The position numbers and the translations under genes were made by a program. A stretch of 62,279 nucleotides of DNA from a candidate division WWE3 bacterium (GTDB lineage: Bacteria > Patescibacteriota > WWE3 > UBA101185 > UBA10185): positions 1 to 62,279 of the forward strand of contig JAAZNL010000004.1 in NCBI GenBank assembly GCA_012798315.1, given 5' to 3'. The notes under the pieces are model-generated. The model worked only from the letters and a program-made list of their open reading frames with translations. It had not been told where the DNA came from and ran no database searches. The number at the start of each line of letters is the position of its first letter. The stretch's first letter is position 1. Positions 8,971 through 18,357 of this stretch are shown here, in pieces.

Positions 8971-10619
8971 AGAATAACAGACATCTTTTAGCAGTGATCG
9001 TCGCGTTTTTATTATTTGTTGTAATAGTAGGCGTAAAAGGAAATTTTCCGACAAACGATGATTGGTATTTTGTCCGGCAGGTAAAAGCTTTTGATTTGGG
9101 AATATTTAAACTTCACGCGAAAGTACTTCCTATTTTTATTGTTCAGGGTTTTTTGGGTTTATTGTGGGGTACGTTGTTTGGGATAGGATTCGATAGTCTC
9201 CGCATTCTAACTTTATTGGTAACGCTTTTTAGCGGAATCATTCTATATAGAACTATATTACTGGTAACGCCACAAAAAAGGTTAGCTGGTTTGGGCATGT
9301 TTATCTATTTGTTCAATCCTATTGTTTTATCATCCGCCTTTACATTTATGACTGAAAATTATTATTTGCTGTTTATGGTGTGCTCGGTATATTTTGCGGT
9401 TAAATTTTTCAATTTAAATAGAACCAAAGAGTTTTATTTGGCCTTGTTGTTTATGCTTTTAACTTCCTTAGTTAGGCAAACTGGTTTGTTTTTATTTTTA
9501 GCTTTTTTCGCTGCAGCATCTTGGAAAAACGTAAAAAATATATCTTGGCGAAAAACATTGTTTTTTTTCTTTTCACTTACGGTTACGATCTTGCTAATAG
9601 TCTTTTGGCCACGTTATCAAACGTCAGTTATAGATAAATCGATAAATTTGTCGTCTGGCTATAACGTAATTCTCGAACGATTAAGTGTTTATTTATTAGC
9701 TATACCAATGCTCGTGTTTTGGATATCTCCCTTGTTTATTATTAAAAAGCCATCTGTAGGGCGGTTGTTTGATGTGTCAGTTTTAACTTGGCTTTTTTCA
9801 TATATTGTATTCCGCGTGGACATTTTTCCTTTAGGAAGCGTTTTCTATTTTGAAAGTTTACATATTAAGTCGGGGTTCAGACACAGTTTAAGTATTTTTG
9901 ATAATGTTCCTGCAAAAATTGTTATGTCGGTCTATCTTGGTTTGCTGATTTCGGTTTCCGCTATTTACGTATTTAATAAAATTAAAAAAATTCACATAAA
10001 TAACCGAGTAACTGTATTTTTGTGGTTATGTGTTGTGGGTGTATTAACACCGATTTTGTTGACCCCGACAGTCTATGACCGATATTTTACGCCTTTAATT
10101 GTATTTACCGTTTTGCTGTTAATACCGGAAATCAAGTCGCAGTCCAAAATATTTACTTTGGGAATTTTAATTTTCGCGTTTATATCTGTTGTTAATGTTT
10201 ACGAATTTATAATTGTTAAGTCACTTAAGCATAAGTTATACGAAAGTCTTTTGGCAGATTCTACTGTTAATGTTACCGAAAGGGATATTTACATAGACGA
10301 TACTTACAGTAAATACTTATACGCCGAGGAACAAGAGGACTATGCGGGGCGCGGCCAAAACTTGCCTGTGGGGTTAGTGCACAAGTGTTTTATACAGCAG
10401 TATACGATTGATGGCCCTTTTACTTTATTTATAAAAAATTTAGAGGATAAAGTCGAAAAAAGGATTAAAAACCCTTCGGTTTACGGCTCTACACCGCCAA
10501 TCCGGAATATCAGGATATCCAAACATTTGAATGAACTTAACCGTAACGAAATGTACTTTTCGCCTTTATATTCTATAATTGGAAAGACAGCTTTTGTGGG
10601 AAGCTGGTGCGATAAATGA
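8946..10619 (+). CDS. polytopic membrane protein, putative GT-C glycosyltransferase (GT39/ArnT-like)
   Basis: 557 aa. It has an N-terminal transmembrane helix followed by an NDDWYF acidic loop motif, multiple further helices and a soluble C-terminal ~130 aa. An alternative ATG start lies at 8955. Confidence 0.5.
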   Translation: MSKMFTAIKNNRHLLAVIVAFLLFVVIVGVKGNFPTNDDWYFVRQVKAFDLGIFKLHAKVLPIFIVQGFLGLLWGTLFGIGFDSLRILTLLVTLFSGIILYRTILLVTPQKRLAGLGMFIYLFNPIVLSSAFTFMTENYYLLFMVCSVYFAVKFFNLNRTKEFYLALLFMLLTSLVRQTGLFLFLAFFAAASWKNVKNISWRKTLFFFFSLTVTILLIVFWPRYQTSVIDKSINLSSGYNVILERLSVYLLAIPMLVFWISPLFIIKKPSVGRLFDVSVLTWLFSYIVFRVDIFPLGSVFYFESLHIKSGFRHSLSIFDNVPAKIVMSVYLGLLISVSAIYVFNKIKKIHINNRVTVFLWLCVVGVLTPILLTPTVYDRYFTPLIVFTVLLLIPEIKSQSKIFTLGILIFAFISVVNVYEFIIVKSLKHKLYESLLADSTVNVTERDIYIDDTYSKYLYAEEQEDYAGRGQNLPVGLVHKCFIQQYTIDGPFTLFIKNLEDKVEKRIKNPSVYGSTPPIRNIRISKHLNELNRNEMYFSPLYSIIGKTAFVGSWCDK

Positions 10620-11824
10620 ACACGAACCAAAGTCCGAAATATAACATCATAATGCTGTCCAACCAATTGTGGTCATATCCTTTGTGGACAAACAAAAAAC
10701 ACGTATCTACCAGGTTAGCCAAACTCGGACATAACGTGCTTTTTGTTGATCCACCAATAAACACGGGAAGATTGTTCGCAAGGCAGCTGCTTAAAGGAAA
10801 GTGGACATTAAAAAGATTAATCGAAAAAACCACTAAGGAAGACGAAATAACAGTTTTTTCACCTTTAGATTATTCTCCAAATCACGAAAAAATGGCAGCC
10901 CAACACGTAGAAACAATCCGACGGCTGGAAGACAAATTGTTTGATTCTTCCCGAAAGACTATACTTTGGATTTATCACATGGAAATTCAGGGATTAGAAC
11001 ACTATGTGGAAGATTTACCTTACGATATTCTGGTTTATGACTGTGTAGATAATTATGCAGGCTTTCCGAAATACGATACTTCTCAAAAAAAAGCAGCGAT
11101 AAACGCACAGGAAAAATATCTGGCATCAAAGGCCGATATCGTATTCGCTACTGCTCCCGGTCTGGTAGAAAAACTTAAAAAATATAATCCTAATGTGCAT
11201 TTCACACCAAATGTTGGTGATTATGAAAGATTTATTAAAGCGCGCGACCTTAGGGATCAGTTACCAGAAGATATAGCATCTATCCCGAGGCCCAGAATAG
11301 GATTTACCGGCGCAGTTGATAGCTATAAGTTTGACAAAGAACTTGTGCGCAAAATTGCGGAAGATTATCCAGGGTATTCATTTATTTTGATCGGGCCTAT
11401 GGCGTTGGAGGACAGAGAGGCGACTGTTAACGAACTTGGCTTAAATGGCCTTAGGAATATTTATTTTTTGGGTACAAAAGAGTACTCTGATATGCCAAAA
11501 TATTACGCTGGTTTCGATGTGACGATAATTCCTTATCTGTTAAATGACTACACTGTTGGCGGATGTTTCCCTGTAAAATTTCATGAAGGATTGGCGGCTG
11601 GTGTTCCAAGTGTCGTAACTAACTTACCGGCGTATGCCCCTTTTGCTGATGTTTGTTATATATCAAAAAGCGCAAATGAGTTTTCTCAAAATATACGAAG
11701 GGCGCTCGAGGAAGATTCCGAGGCAAAAGTGAAAGAAAGACAACGTGTTGCTAAGGATAATAATTGGGAAGGCAAGGTCGCCAAAATGCTAGCATTAATT
11801 CAAAATTTTATTGATAACCAATGA
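10616..11824 (+). CDS. glycosyltransferase, GT-B fold (group 1-like)
   Basis: 402 aa with a C-terminal FPVKFHEGLAAGVPSVVTNLP block resembling the GT4 E-x7-E region. The start overlaps the upstream stop (ATGA). Confidence 0.7.
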   Translation: MNTNQSPKYNIIMLSNQLWSYPLWTNKKHVSTRLAKLGHNVLFVDPPINTGRLFARQLLKGKWTLKRLIEKTTKEDEITVFSPLDYSPNHEKMAAQHVETIRRLEDKLFDSSRKTILWIYHMEIQGLEHYVEDLPYDILVYDCVDNYAGFPKYDTSQKKAAINAQEKYLASKADIVFATAPGLVEKLKKYNPNVHFTPNVGDYERFIKARDLRDQLPEDIASIPRPRIGFTGAVDSYKFDKELVRKIAEDYPGYSFILIGPMALEDREATVNELGLNGLRNIYFLGTKEYSDMPKYYAGFDVTIIPYLLNDYTVGGCFPVKFHEGLAAGVPSVVTNLPAYAPFADVCYISKSANEFSQNIRRALEEDSEAKVKERQRVAKDNNWEGKVAKMLALIQNFIDNQ

Positions 11825-12969
11825 AAATTCTATATGTTTTAAATTCCGGAACTCCCGGAGGTATGGAACAACACGTTTTATATTTGGTAAAGGGTATGAT
11901 CGGGCTGGGCCACGAAGTTCATGTTTGGTGTAAACCCGGAGAAATTTATGGATGGTTCGAGCAGGTTGGCGCTAAAATGACGGAGGCTCAAATAAAATAC
12001 GATATTGACCCAACATATATTTCTGCGCTGGGACATTATCTTGAAGATAATCATATTGATGTAGTGCATGCCCATGAACTTAAAGCGGTAGTCAATTCTC
12101 TGATCGCCTCAAATAAATTTTCGGTTAAAGTAAAAGTTACTCACACTCATACCCCTATTTCGGAGTGGCCTGCAGGCGGAATGTTAACCGGCGTAAAACG
12201 TTTTATACAATTTAAATTGTATTCACACTACGTAAATAAGTATGCTTCGGTGGAAATTGCTTTAACTGAATCACGTAAAAAGGTAAAAATGCGTGAAGGT
12301 ATTACAGAAAGTAAATTAAGAATTATACCCAACTGTTTTAATTCAGAAGCCTTTACAGTGGCCGATGAAATGCGTGAAAATTTTAGACGTGAAATCAGGA
12401 TTAAGTACGGAATTCCGCTGGACGCACTTGTATTTGTAAATGTAGGGAGGCTATCAGTTGAGAAAAATCAGGAATTTCTGATAAACGCCTTTTCCGATTT
12501 AGATATCCCGAAAAATTCCAATGTTTATCTGCTTTTTGCCGGAGGGGGAATATTGGAAAACCATTTGAAAGATGTAGTTGAATCTAAGAAAATCAAAGAA
12601 AAAGTAATATTTACGGGCATTTTCTCCCAGGAAAATCTCCCAAAATTTTATTATGCCGGGGATGTCTTTGTATTTCCGAGTAAAGCCGAAGGTTTCGGTT
12701 TGGTATTAATAGAAGCCCTAGCGGCGGCGATGCCTGTATTAGCTTCGGATTTGCCTGTTTTAAAGGAGGTAGGATCCGACACTGTTGATTATTTTTCGTT
12801 ACACGACAAAGCGTATTTAACAAAAATGCTGCAGGGCTACGTAAAATATTTTAGTGAAAATGGTGTAATTCCACTTAACGTTAAGGGTCAGGAAAGAGTA
12901 AACATGCTTTATACGGAGCAGGCTTTTGTAGCAGCGTACGAAAATTTGTATAAGGAACTTTTAGGGTAA
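11821..12969 (+). CDS. glycosyltransferase family 4
   Basis: It has a GGMEQHV N-terminal motif and the classic FVFPSKAEGFGLVLIEALAAAMPVLASD block. The start overlaps the upstream stop (ATGA). Confidence 0.85.
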   Translation: MKILYVLNSGTPGGMEQHVLYLVKGMIGLGHEVHVWCKPGEIYGWFEQVGAKMTEAQIKYDIDPTYISALGHYLEDNHIDVVHAHELKAVVNSLIASNKFSVKVKVTHTHTPISEWPAGGMLTGVKRFIQFKLYSHYVNKYASVEIALTESRKKVKMREGITESKLRIIPNCFNSEAFTVADEMRENFRREIRIKYGIPLDALVFVNVGRLSVEKNQEFLINAFSDLDIPKNSNVYLLFAGGGILENHLKDVVESKKIKEKVIFTGIFSQENLPKFYYAGDVFVFPSKAEGFGLVLIEALAAAMPVLASDLPVLKEVGSDTVDYFSLHDKAYLTKMLQGYVKYFSENGVIPLNVKGQERVNMLYTEQAFVAAYENLYKELLG

Positions 12970-12976
12970 TCTTGTT

Positions 12977-14101
12977 ATGAAAATACTAATGGTAGGAAGA
13001 CCTGACCTTTTTAAATATTATGGCGGAGATAGGGTACAGGTAGAAAATACCGCAAAAGAATTGCGTAATCTTGGGGTTGATGTACAAATAGACACCGGAT
13101 GTATCTCGGATTACTCGGGATACGATTTAATTCACGTTTTTCAATTGGACTGGAACCCTGATAGTTTTTTTATTGTTAAAAAAGCCAAAAAAATGCATTT
13201 ACCCGTTGTTTTATCCGCAATCCATCACAATGTCGGTGAGGTAACCCGCTTCGATAACGAGTATGCTTTTGACTACCGCCGTCTCTCCAGATTTTTATTT
13301 AAAGATCAGTTTAAACGCGATACTTTTAAGGATATTTACCGAACGATTTTGAATTACAAACGTTTACCTGTAACTGTATTCGAAGTTTTTTACGGGCTTA
13401 AAAAAATGTACAAGTGGGTTTTGGAAAATTCTAATATGGTATTGGTTCAAACAGTTAGAGAGGCCGCCGATCTAAAAGAGACATATAACGTTCAATTTAA
13501 ATGGGCCAAAGTTTGCAATGGTGTAGGGCAGGTCTTTTTAGATAAATACACATCAGATACAACTTTAGGAATTAGAAACTACATATTATGCGTCGGAAGA
13601 ATTGAACCACGGAAAAATCAGTTAAGTATTATTGAAGCGGTTAAGAAATTACGTGCAGAAACTAAAGAAGATATTAAACTGGTTTTTGTCGGTGCAAAGA
13701 GTAAACACAAACATTACGAGTATTTTTACCTTTTTAACAAAGAACTAGATGAAAACCACTGGATTAAACATATTAATTTTATGAATTACGAATCCATGCC
13801 GTCATTGTACTCAGACAGTAAAGTTTGCGTATCTGCCAGCTGGTTTGAAACCACGGGATTAACTAGTTTAGAGGCGTTAATGTGCGGTGCAAATGCCGTA
13901 GCCTCGGGGGATCGCGCCAAAGAATATTTAGGTGAATATGCCAGCTATTGCGATCCCGGAGACGTTGAATCTATAAAAGCAGCAATAAAAAAAGAATATT
14001 ATGCGCCTAGGCCCGAACTTTCGGAAACTTTTAAGAATAGTTACACATGGAAAAATACAGCAAAAGAGACGCTGGAGGCTTATAATAGTTTGTTGAACTA
14101 A
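12977..14101 (+). CDS. glycosyltransferase, group 1 (GT4-like)
   Basis: 374 aa with the block VSASWFETTGLTSLEALMCGANAVASG, which corresponds to the GT4 E..G....EA...G motif. Confidence 0.75.
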   Translation: MKILMVGRPDLFKYYGGDRVQVENTAKELRNLGVDVQIDTGCISDYSGYDLIHVFQLDWNPDSFFIVKKAKKMHLPVVLSAIHHNVGEVTRFDNEYAFDYRRLSRFLFKDQFKRDTFKDIYRTILNYKRLPVTVFEVFYGLKKMYKWVLENSNMVLVQTVREAADLKETYNVQFKWAKVCNGVGQVFLDKYTSDTTLGIRNYILCVGRIEPRKNQLSIIEAVKKLRAETKEDIKLVFVGAKSKHKHYEYFYLFNKELDENHWIKHINFMNYESMPSLYSDSKVCVSASWFETTGLTSLEALMCGANAVASGDRAKEYLGEYASYCDPGDVESIKAAIKKEYYAPRPELSETFKNSYTWKNTAKETLEAYNSLLN

Positions 14102-14103
14102 CT

Positions 14104-17100
14104 ATGCTAAACACAATTTTGGAATTATCTGCATTTATTGGAATTTTGGGACTTGGATATATATTGGTCCTGAAAAATTTTAATTTAACGATTTATATAC
14201 TTTTATTGGGTTCGGTTTTACTTCACAAAGAGTTATTCAGTTTTTACAGGTGGGATTTATTGCCGATTAGAGCATTGATGTTTGGTGTTTTGTTAGCTGC
14301 CTTAACTAAATTTGCGTTATATGTAAAAACCAATAAAAAATTTCCTGGATTTCAACTTTTTATTGATCAGCCTTTTCTTTTAATGCTGACAATTCTTTGG
14401 GTAGTCAGGGGACTTTCAATTTTATTCAGTTTTAATTTGGAGGCTTCGGTATTGTTATTTGGATTTTTTACTACGGTTGTAGCGCTTGGAATTTTGTTGC
14501 TAGGATACTTAAAAGGACAGCCGGAAAAGGCTTTGAGTTATCTAAAGTTTTATATATATGTTGCCTTCGGTCTTTCGTTGTTTGGTTTTGTACAGTACTT
14601 TTATCATTTTAAAACCGGTAAAGTTATAGGCTCTTTTTGGGTAATACCGGGAAATATACCAAGAGTGGGATCTTTGTTTTGGGATGTGAACCACTATGGC
14701 GCGCTGATTGCCGCGCTTGTCCCTGTATCCGCGGTCTTAGTATTAATAGAAAAAAAAGCTTTACATAAAATACTTTTTGCCGTTATTACGGTAAGTTTAT
14801 CCATTTCGTTGGTGCTAACAAACTCCAGAACATCTTTGCTAATGGATGGGGTTGCAGTTGCCATTTTTGTAGGCATTCTTTTTCTCAGGAAATTCGGGCG
14901 TAAAGGCGTTTTATTTGTTATGCTGCTTTTTGTTTTTTTGTCCCTTCCTCCGATTTTGGAATACAACCGAAAAGGGAGTGCTTTTAGAGAAAAAGTTAAA
15001 CAATATTTAAATTACCGTGTAGATTCTTCGGATTCGCACTTTTTATTAATATTGGGCGCGTACCAGATATTCGAAGAGTATCCTATTTTAGGCGGTGGCT
15101 ACGGTAGTTTTTTTGAGCATTTCGGTAAAACTCAAGCCGGTCCTTTATATTACGGCAGAGATCCCGCAGCATTAACAAATAGGGTACCGGCGCATACTAT
15201 TTGGGGGGAACTGATAGCGGAAACCGGAATTATAGGATTGTCTGTATTTATTCTATTAATTGGAATAATGACCGGTAGTCTTGGTTATTTAGCATTACGT
15301 TCAACTAATAAATCAACCTATTTATTAAGCAGTGCTATGTTAGGTGTTGTATTGGGGTGGATGGTATCCGGTATCTTTTATTCGTATAACGCGGAATTTT
15401 TTTGGCTGATAATGTTTTTGTTTTTTGGCTTTGGATATGCTGAATTACATAGAGAATTTACGCTAAATCAGGTTGTCAGTTATTTCGCAAAATCAGTAAT
15501 TCCTTTTGCCACAGTATTTTTTATAGCGGCATTTCTGATATTTGTGAAATTAGGTTCGGTTAGTCTTATACCTTGGGATGATGCGATATATGCAAAAATT
15601 GCCAAAAACATGGTGTATACAAACGAATATATTACGCAAAATTGGGTACCGGGCAAAGTGTGGTACGAAAAACCTCCTCTTTTTATGTGGCTGGTAGCCA
15701 TGTACTTTAAGTTGTTTGGTTTTACTGATTTTGCCGCCAAGCTCCCAAGCGCTTTGGCGGGGTTGGGGACTGTAATGCTTGTGTTCGTATTTGCAAAAAG
15801 GTTTTTTGGTAAAACGGCGGGATTCATAGCAGCATTTTCACTTGTTACCACCGTACAGTATCTTTTTTACTCACGTATGGCCATGACTGACGTTCTTTGT
15901 GCCTTTTTTATGACGGCGTCTTTAGCAATTTATTACAGTAAGAGATTTGATTCACAGCTTAATTTTCTTACGATTTTAATTTCAGGGCTTTTTGTGGGCT
16001 TAGCCGTAATGACAAAAGGTGTAGTTGGTTTAATTCCATTAGCCGTCATGGGTTTATACGAAATATACTTATTATTCAGCCGGCAACAAGAAGCGTTGGG
16101 AAAGTCGGTTTTACATTTGTTTGGTGTTTTGCTGGTTTCCGCTGTTATTTTTATGCCTTGGCATTACAGAATGTTCCAATTATATGGTAATAGTTTTCTA
16201 AACAACTACATTGGATATCACGTTTTTGCGCGGGCCACCGAAGATATAGAAAATAAAGAACAGCCGATTTACTGGTACATTATTATTCTAAAAGTAAGCA
16301 TGCGCTTGTGGTTTATATCATTGTTGGGTGCACTGCCTTATTCAGTTGTAAGTCTTTATAAATCTAAAAACACAAAAACAGTTAACTCCTTGGCTTTTAT
16401 TTTAATTTGGGCAGGTTTTATTTTTGCGTTTTTCTCGGTACCAACATCCAAATTAATCTGGTACATTATTCCGCTTTACATTCCGCTGGCTGTTTTAAAT
16501 GGTTATTTTGTAAGTAGTATTTATAACCATATATCGCAAAAGTTTGAACTACTCCAGAATTCCGTTGTTAAATTTTTACTATTTTACATTTTTGGCATTG
16601 TGATTTTAGGTTATACGTTTTTGGTTCGGAATATGATATACGTTCCGGATTCAACCGGAAGTATCGCCAGGCTTTTAAAGTTAAAAGATACTTCATTTGG
16701 TATTGAACAGTTTGCATATTTAGATAGGGTGGATTTACCTTTAGCTTACTACTACACGGACGGAAAATTTAAAATAATTGACTTTAACGCTGAAAAGCCG
16801 GAGAGGATTCCCCAGGTTGGCTTTGACGATAAGCTCGTAATGCTAACAAAAAAAGGCAGATTCGTGGATAAGCTCCCACAATACGATTATTACGCGACAG
16901 TTGTTAAAGAAGATGGAGATTATATCTTGTGGTATTACGAGTCCAAGAGGAACTACTATACCTCGGCGTTAGAAGATGCTAATAAAAGGTGGGCGGAATT
17001 ATCCGCAACAATTACCCAAAAATATAAGGTAGTCATCAATGCGCCCTTGGAAATGCAACAAGAATACAGCTTATTGGTAGATAAAGTAAACGAATACTCA

Positions 17101-17124
17101 GACATATTGATGCTGCATCAATGA
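14104..17124 (+). CDS. fusion protein: O-antigen ligase/polymerase-like (Wzy_C) N-terminal half plus ArnT/PMT-like GT39 (GT-C) C-terminal half
   Basis: The N-terminal half (about aa 1-450) carries LVLTNSRTSLLMDG and VPAHTIWGELIAETGIIGL, both typical of the Wzy_C family. The C-terminal half carries IPWDDAIYAKIAKNM...YEKPPLFMWLVAMYFKLFG...SRMAMTDV, typical of ArnT/PMT_2 enzymes. Confidence 0.65.
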   Translation: MLNTILELSAFIGILGLGYILVLKNFNLTIYILLLGSVLLHKELFSFYRWDLLPIRALMFGVLLAALTKFALYVKTNKKFPGFQLFIDQPFLLMLTILWVVRGLSILFSFNLEASVLLFGFFTTVVALGILLLGYLKGQPEKALSYLKFYIYVAFGLSLFGFVQYFYHFKTGKVIGSFWVIPGNIPRVGSLFWDVNHYGALIAALVPVSAVLVLIEKKALHKILFAVITVSLSISLVLTNSRTSLLMDGVAVAIFVGILFLRKFGRKGVLFVMLLFVFLSLPPILEYNRKGSAFREKVKQYLNYRVDSSDSHFLLILGAYQIFEEYPILGGGYGSFFEHFGKTQAGPLYYGRDPAALTNRVPAHTIWGELIAETGIIGLSVFILLIGIMTGSLGYLALRSTNKSTYLLSSAMLGVVLGWMVSGIFYSYNAEFFWLIMFLFFGFGYAELHREFTLNQVVSYFAKSVIPFATVFFIAAFLIFVKLGSVSLIPWDDAIYAKIAKNMVYTNEYITQNWVPGKVWYEKPPLFMWLVAMYFKLFGFTDFAAKLPSALAGLGTVMLVFVFAKRFFGKTAGFIAAFSLVTTVQYLFYSRMAMTDVLCAFFMTASLAIYYSKRFDSQLNFLTILISGLFVGLAVMTKGVVGLIPLAVMGLYEIYLLFSRQQEALGKSVLHLFGVLLVSAVIFMPWHYRMFQLYGNSFLNNYIGYHVFARATEDIENKEQPIYWYIIILKVSMRLWFISLLGALPYSVVSLYKSKNTKTVNSLAFILIWAGFIFAFFSVPTSKLIWYIIPLYIPLAVLNGYFVSSIYNHISQKFELLQNSVVKFLLFYIFGIVILGYTFLVRNMIYVPDSTGSIARLLKLKDTSFGIEQFAYLDRVDLPLAYYYTDGKFKIIDFNAEKPERIPQVGFDDKLVMLTKKGRFVDKLPQYDYYATVVKEDGDYILWYYESKRNYYTSALEDANKRWAELSATITQKYKVVINAPLEMQQEYSLLVDKVNEYSDILMLHQ

Positions 17125-18314
17125 TATCGGGCTATTGTTACACCGGTTACAATTAATGCTGTAGTAGCAGCTAGTAAATTAGCATATGCCAGGCCCTCAA
17201 TACCGAACTGTCTGCTTAGTATCAATGCTGCTATCATAAAAACAACTAATTTACTTACGTTTACCCAAAGTATATTTTTAGTTTGATTTTCAACAAGAAA
17301 ATAGTTTTCCATAAATGTATGAATTGCCGAAAAGGCAGAAGCAAAAATTAATATGTCTAAAACTTTAATAGAACCCTCGAACTTTTCTCCAAATACGAGT
17401 TTTATAAAAACACCGGAAACAGCAATTGCCAAAAAAGCGAGAATTATTATTCCAAACGAAATTAAAATTGTTTCTCCGATATCGTAGGTTTTTTTCTGTC
17501 CTTTAAGTCTGGCATTTTTCGGCAGTAGAACAGTAAAAATCGACAAGGATACTAACGCAAAAATATTACTGATTTTGCTGGCCAGTGAAAAAGTTCCGAC
17601 ATCGTTGTAATTACGAACATACTTAGTAATTGTGTTATTAATCGCGGGCCACGCTTCCTGAACGAGTTGAGAAAATCCGGAAGGTAACCCCTTTACAATA
17701 AAAGTACGGACATGAGTAAAGTTAAATTTAAAATGTTTCGCGCCTTCCGGAAGGAATGGAAATAAAATTACATCCGCAAAAATGGATAATGAGAAAAAAG
17801 CGAAGGCGTTTACCAAGTTTAAATGTATGGTATTTAGCAATACAAAAACTGCTGCAATGGTTTTAACTAATGCAGGTAACGTATTTAACAAAATTAATTG
17901 GGTATATTTTTCTTCTTTTTGAAAATGAGCATAAAAAGTAAAGTTGATTGTGTAGGCTACTAAGCCGGCCACAAAAATTAAACTTAACCACACGTTTGTT
18001 GGAAAAAAATAGTTAACAATTCCAAGTGAGACAAGAGCGACAACGCTTAACAAAATTATCTTTAAACTATGAAAAGTCTCGGTTATGGATTTATCATCTT
18101 CATTTGTAAGGTATTTTGTAACGTAAATTGAGTTAGAGCCAAAATCGATTAGTTTAACGCACACTAATAAAATGCTCGTAAGTAAGGCGTATTTGCCAAA
18201 ATCTTCAAGTGAAAGCGTTTTAGCCACAACTGCTAAAAAGAAGAATCCTATTCCTGCATTTAAAATGTTTCCGCCCGACACAAATGCTATTTTTACAAAA
18301 GATTTCCTAAACAC
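17118..18314 (-). CDS. oligosaccharide/polysaccharide flippase (Wzx-like, MOP superfamily)
   Basis: 398 aa with about 12 hydrophobic helices. The N-terminus, FVSGGNILNAGIGFFFLAVVAKTLSLEDFGKYALL, is typical of polysaccharide biosynthesis (Wzx) proteins. It uses a GTG start. Confidence 0.75.
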   Translation of the reverse strand: MFRKSFVKIAFVSGGNILNAGIGFFFLAVVAKTLSLEDFGKYALLTSILLVCVKLIDFGSNSIYVTKYLTNEDDKSITETFHSLKIILLSVVALVSLGIVNYFFPTNVWLSLIFVAGLVAYTINFTFYAHFQKEEKYTQLILLNTLPALVKTIAAVFVLLNTIHLNLVNAFAFFSLSIFADVILFPFLPEGAKHFKFNFTHVRTFIVKGLPSGFSQLVQEAWPAINNTITKYVRNYNDVGTFSLASKISNIFALVSLSIFTVLLPKNARLKGQKKTYDIGETILISFGIIILAFLAIAVSGVFIKLVFGEKFEGSIKVLDILIFASAFSAIHTFMENYFLVENQTKNILWVNVSKLVVFMIAALILSRQFGIEGLAYANLLAATTALIVTGVTIARYH

Positions 18315-18342
18315 AGCCTAATTTTACCTCATAAACCGAATC

Positions 18343-18351
18343 TGAGATAAT
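18343..18351 (+). promoter_or_regulatory. extended -10 promoter element TGaGATAAT, 6 nt upstream of ATG 18358
   Basis: The sequence TGAGATAAT is followed by AAGCGC and then ATG, with no Shine-Dalgarno sequence between them. Confidence 0.4.
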
Positions 18352-18357
18352 AAGCGC

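Noticed and set aside
14694-15851. Minus-strand ORFs 14694-14966 and 15480-15851 inside the Wzy_C/GT39 fusion gene
   Set aside because: These are shadow ORFs antisense to a well-supported coding frame, with no motifs. The same reasoning applies to other antisense or alternate-frame ORFs in the track. These include 34-267, 449-751, 4252-4437, 6392-6625, 7582-7782, 8072-8384, 10481-10833, 11878-12075, 12611-12823, 21284-21955, 22472-22771 and 23507-23821. It also applies to 25215-25463, 27362-27544, 28362-28697, 28864-29094, 29645-29872, 31102-31284, 31634-31861, 32764-33208, 34047-34250 and 35784-36369. The remainder are 36955-37771, 37929-38267, 41271-41727, 42130-43483, 44730-45184, 47049-48249, 50979-51833, 55989-56869, 57148-58946, 59188-59370 and 61001-61774.
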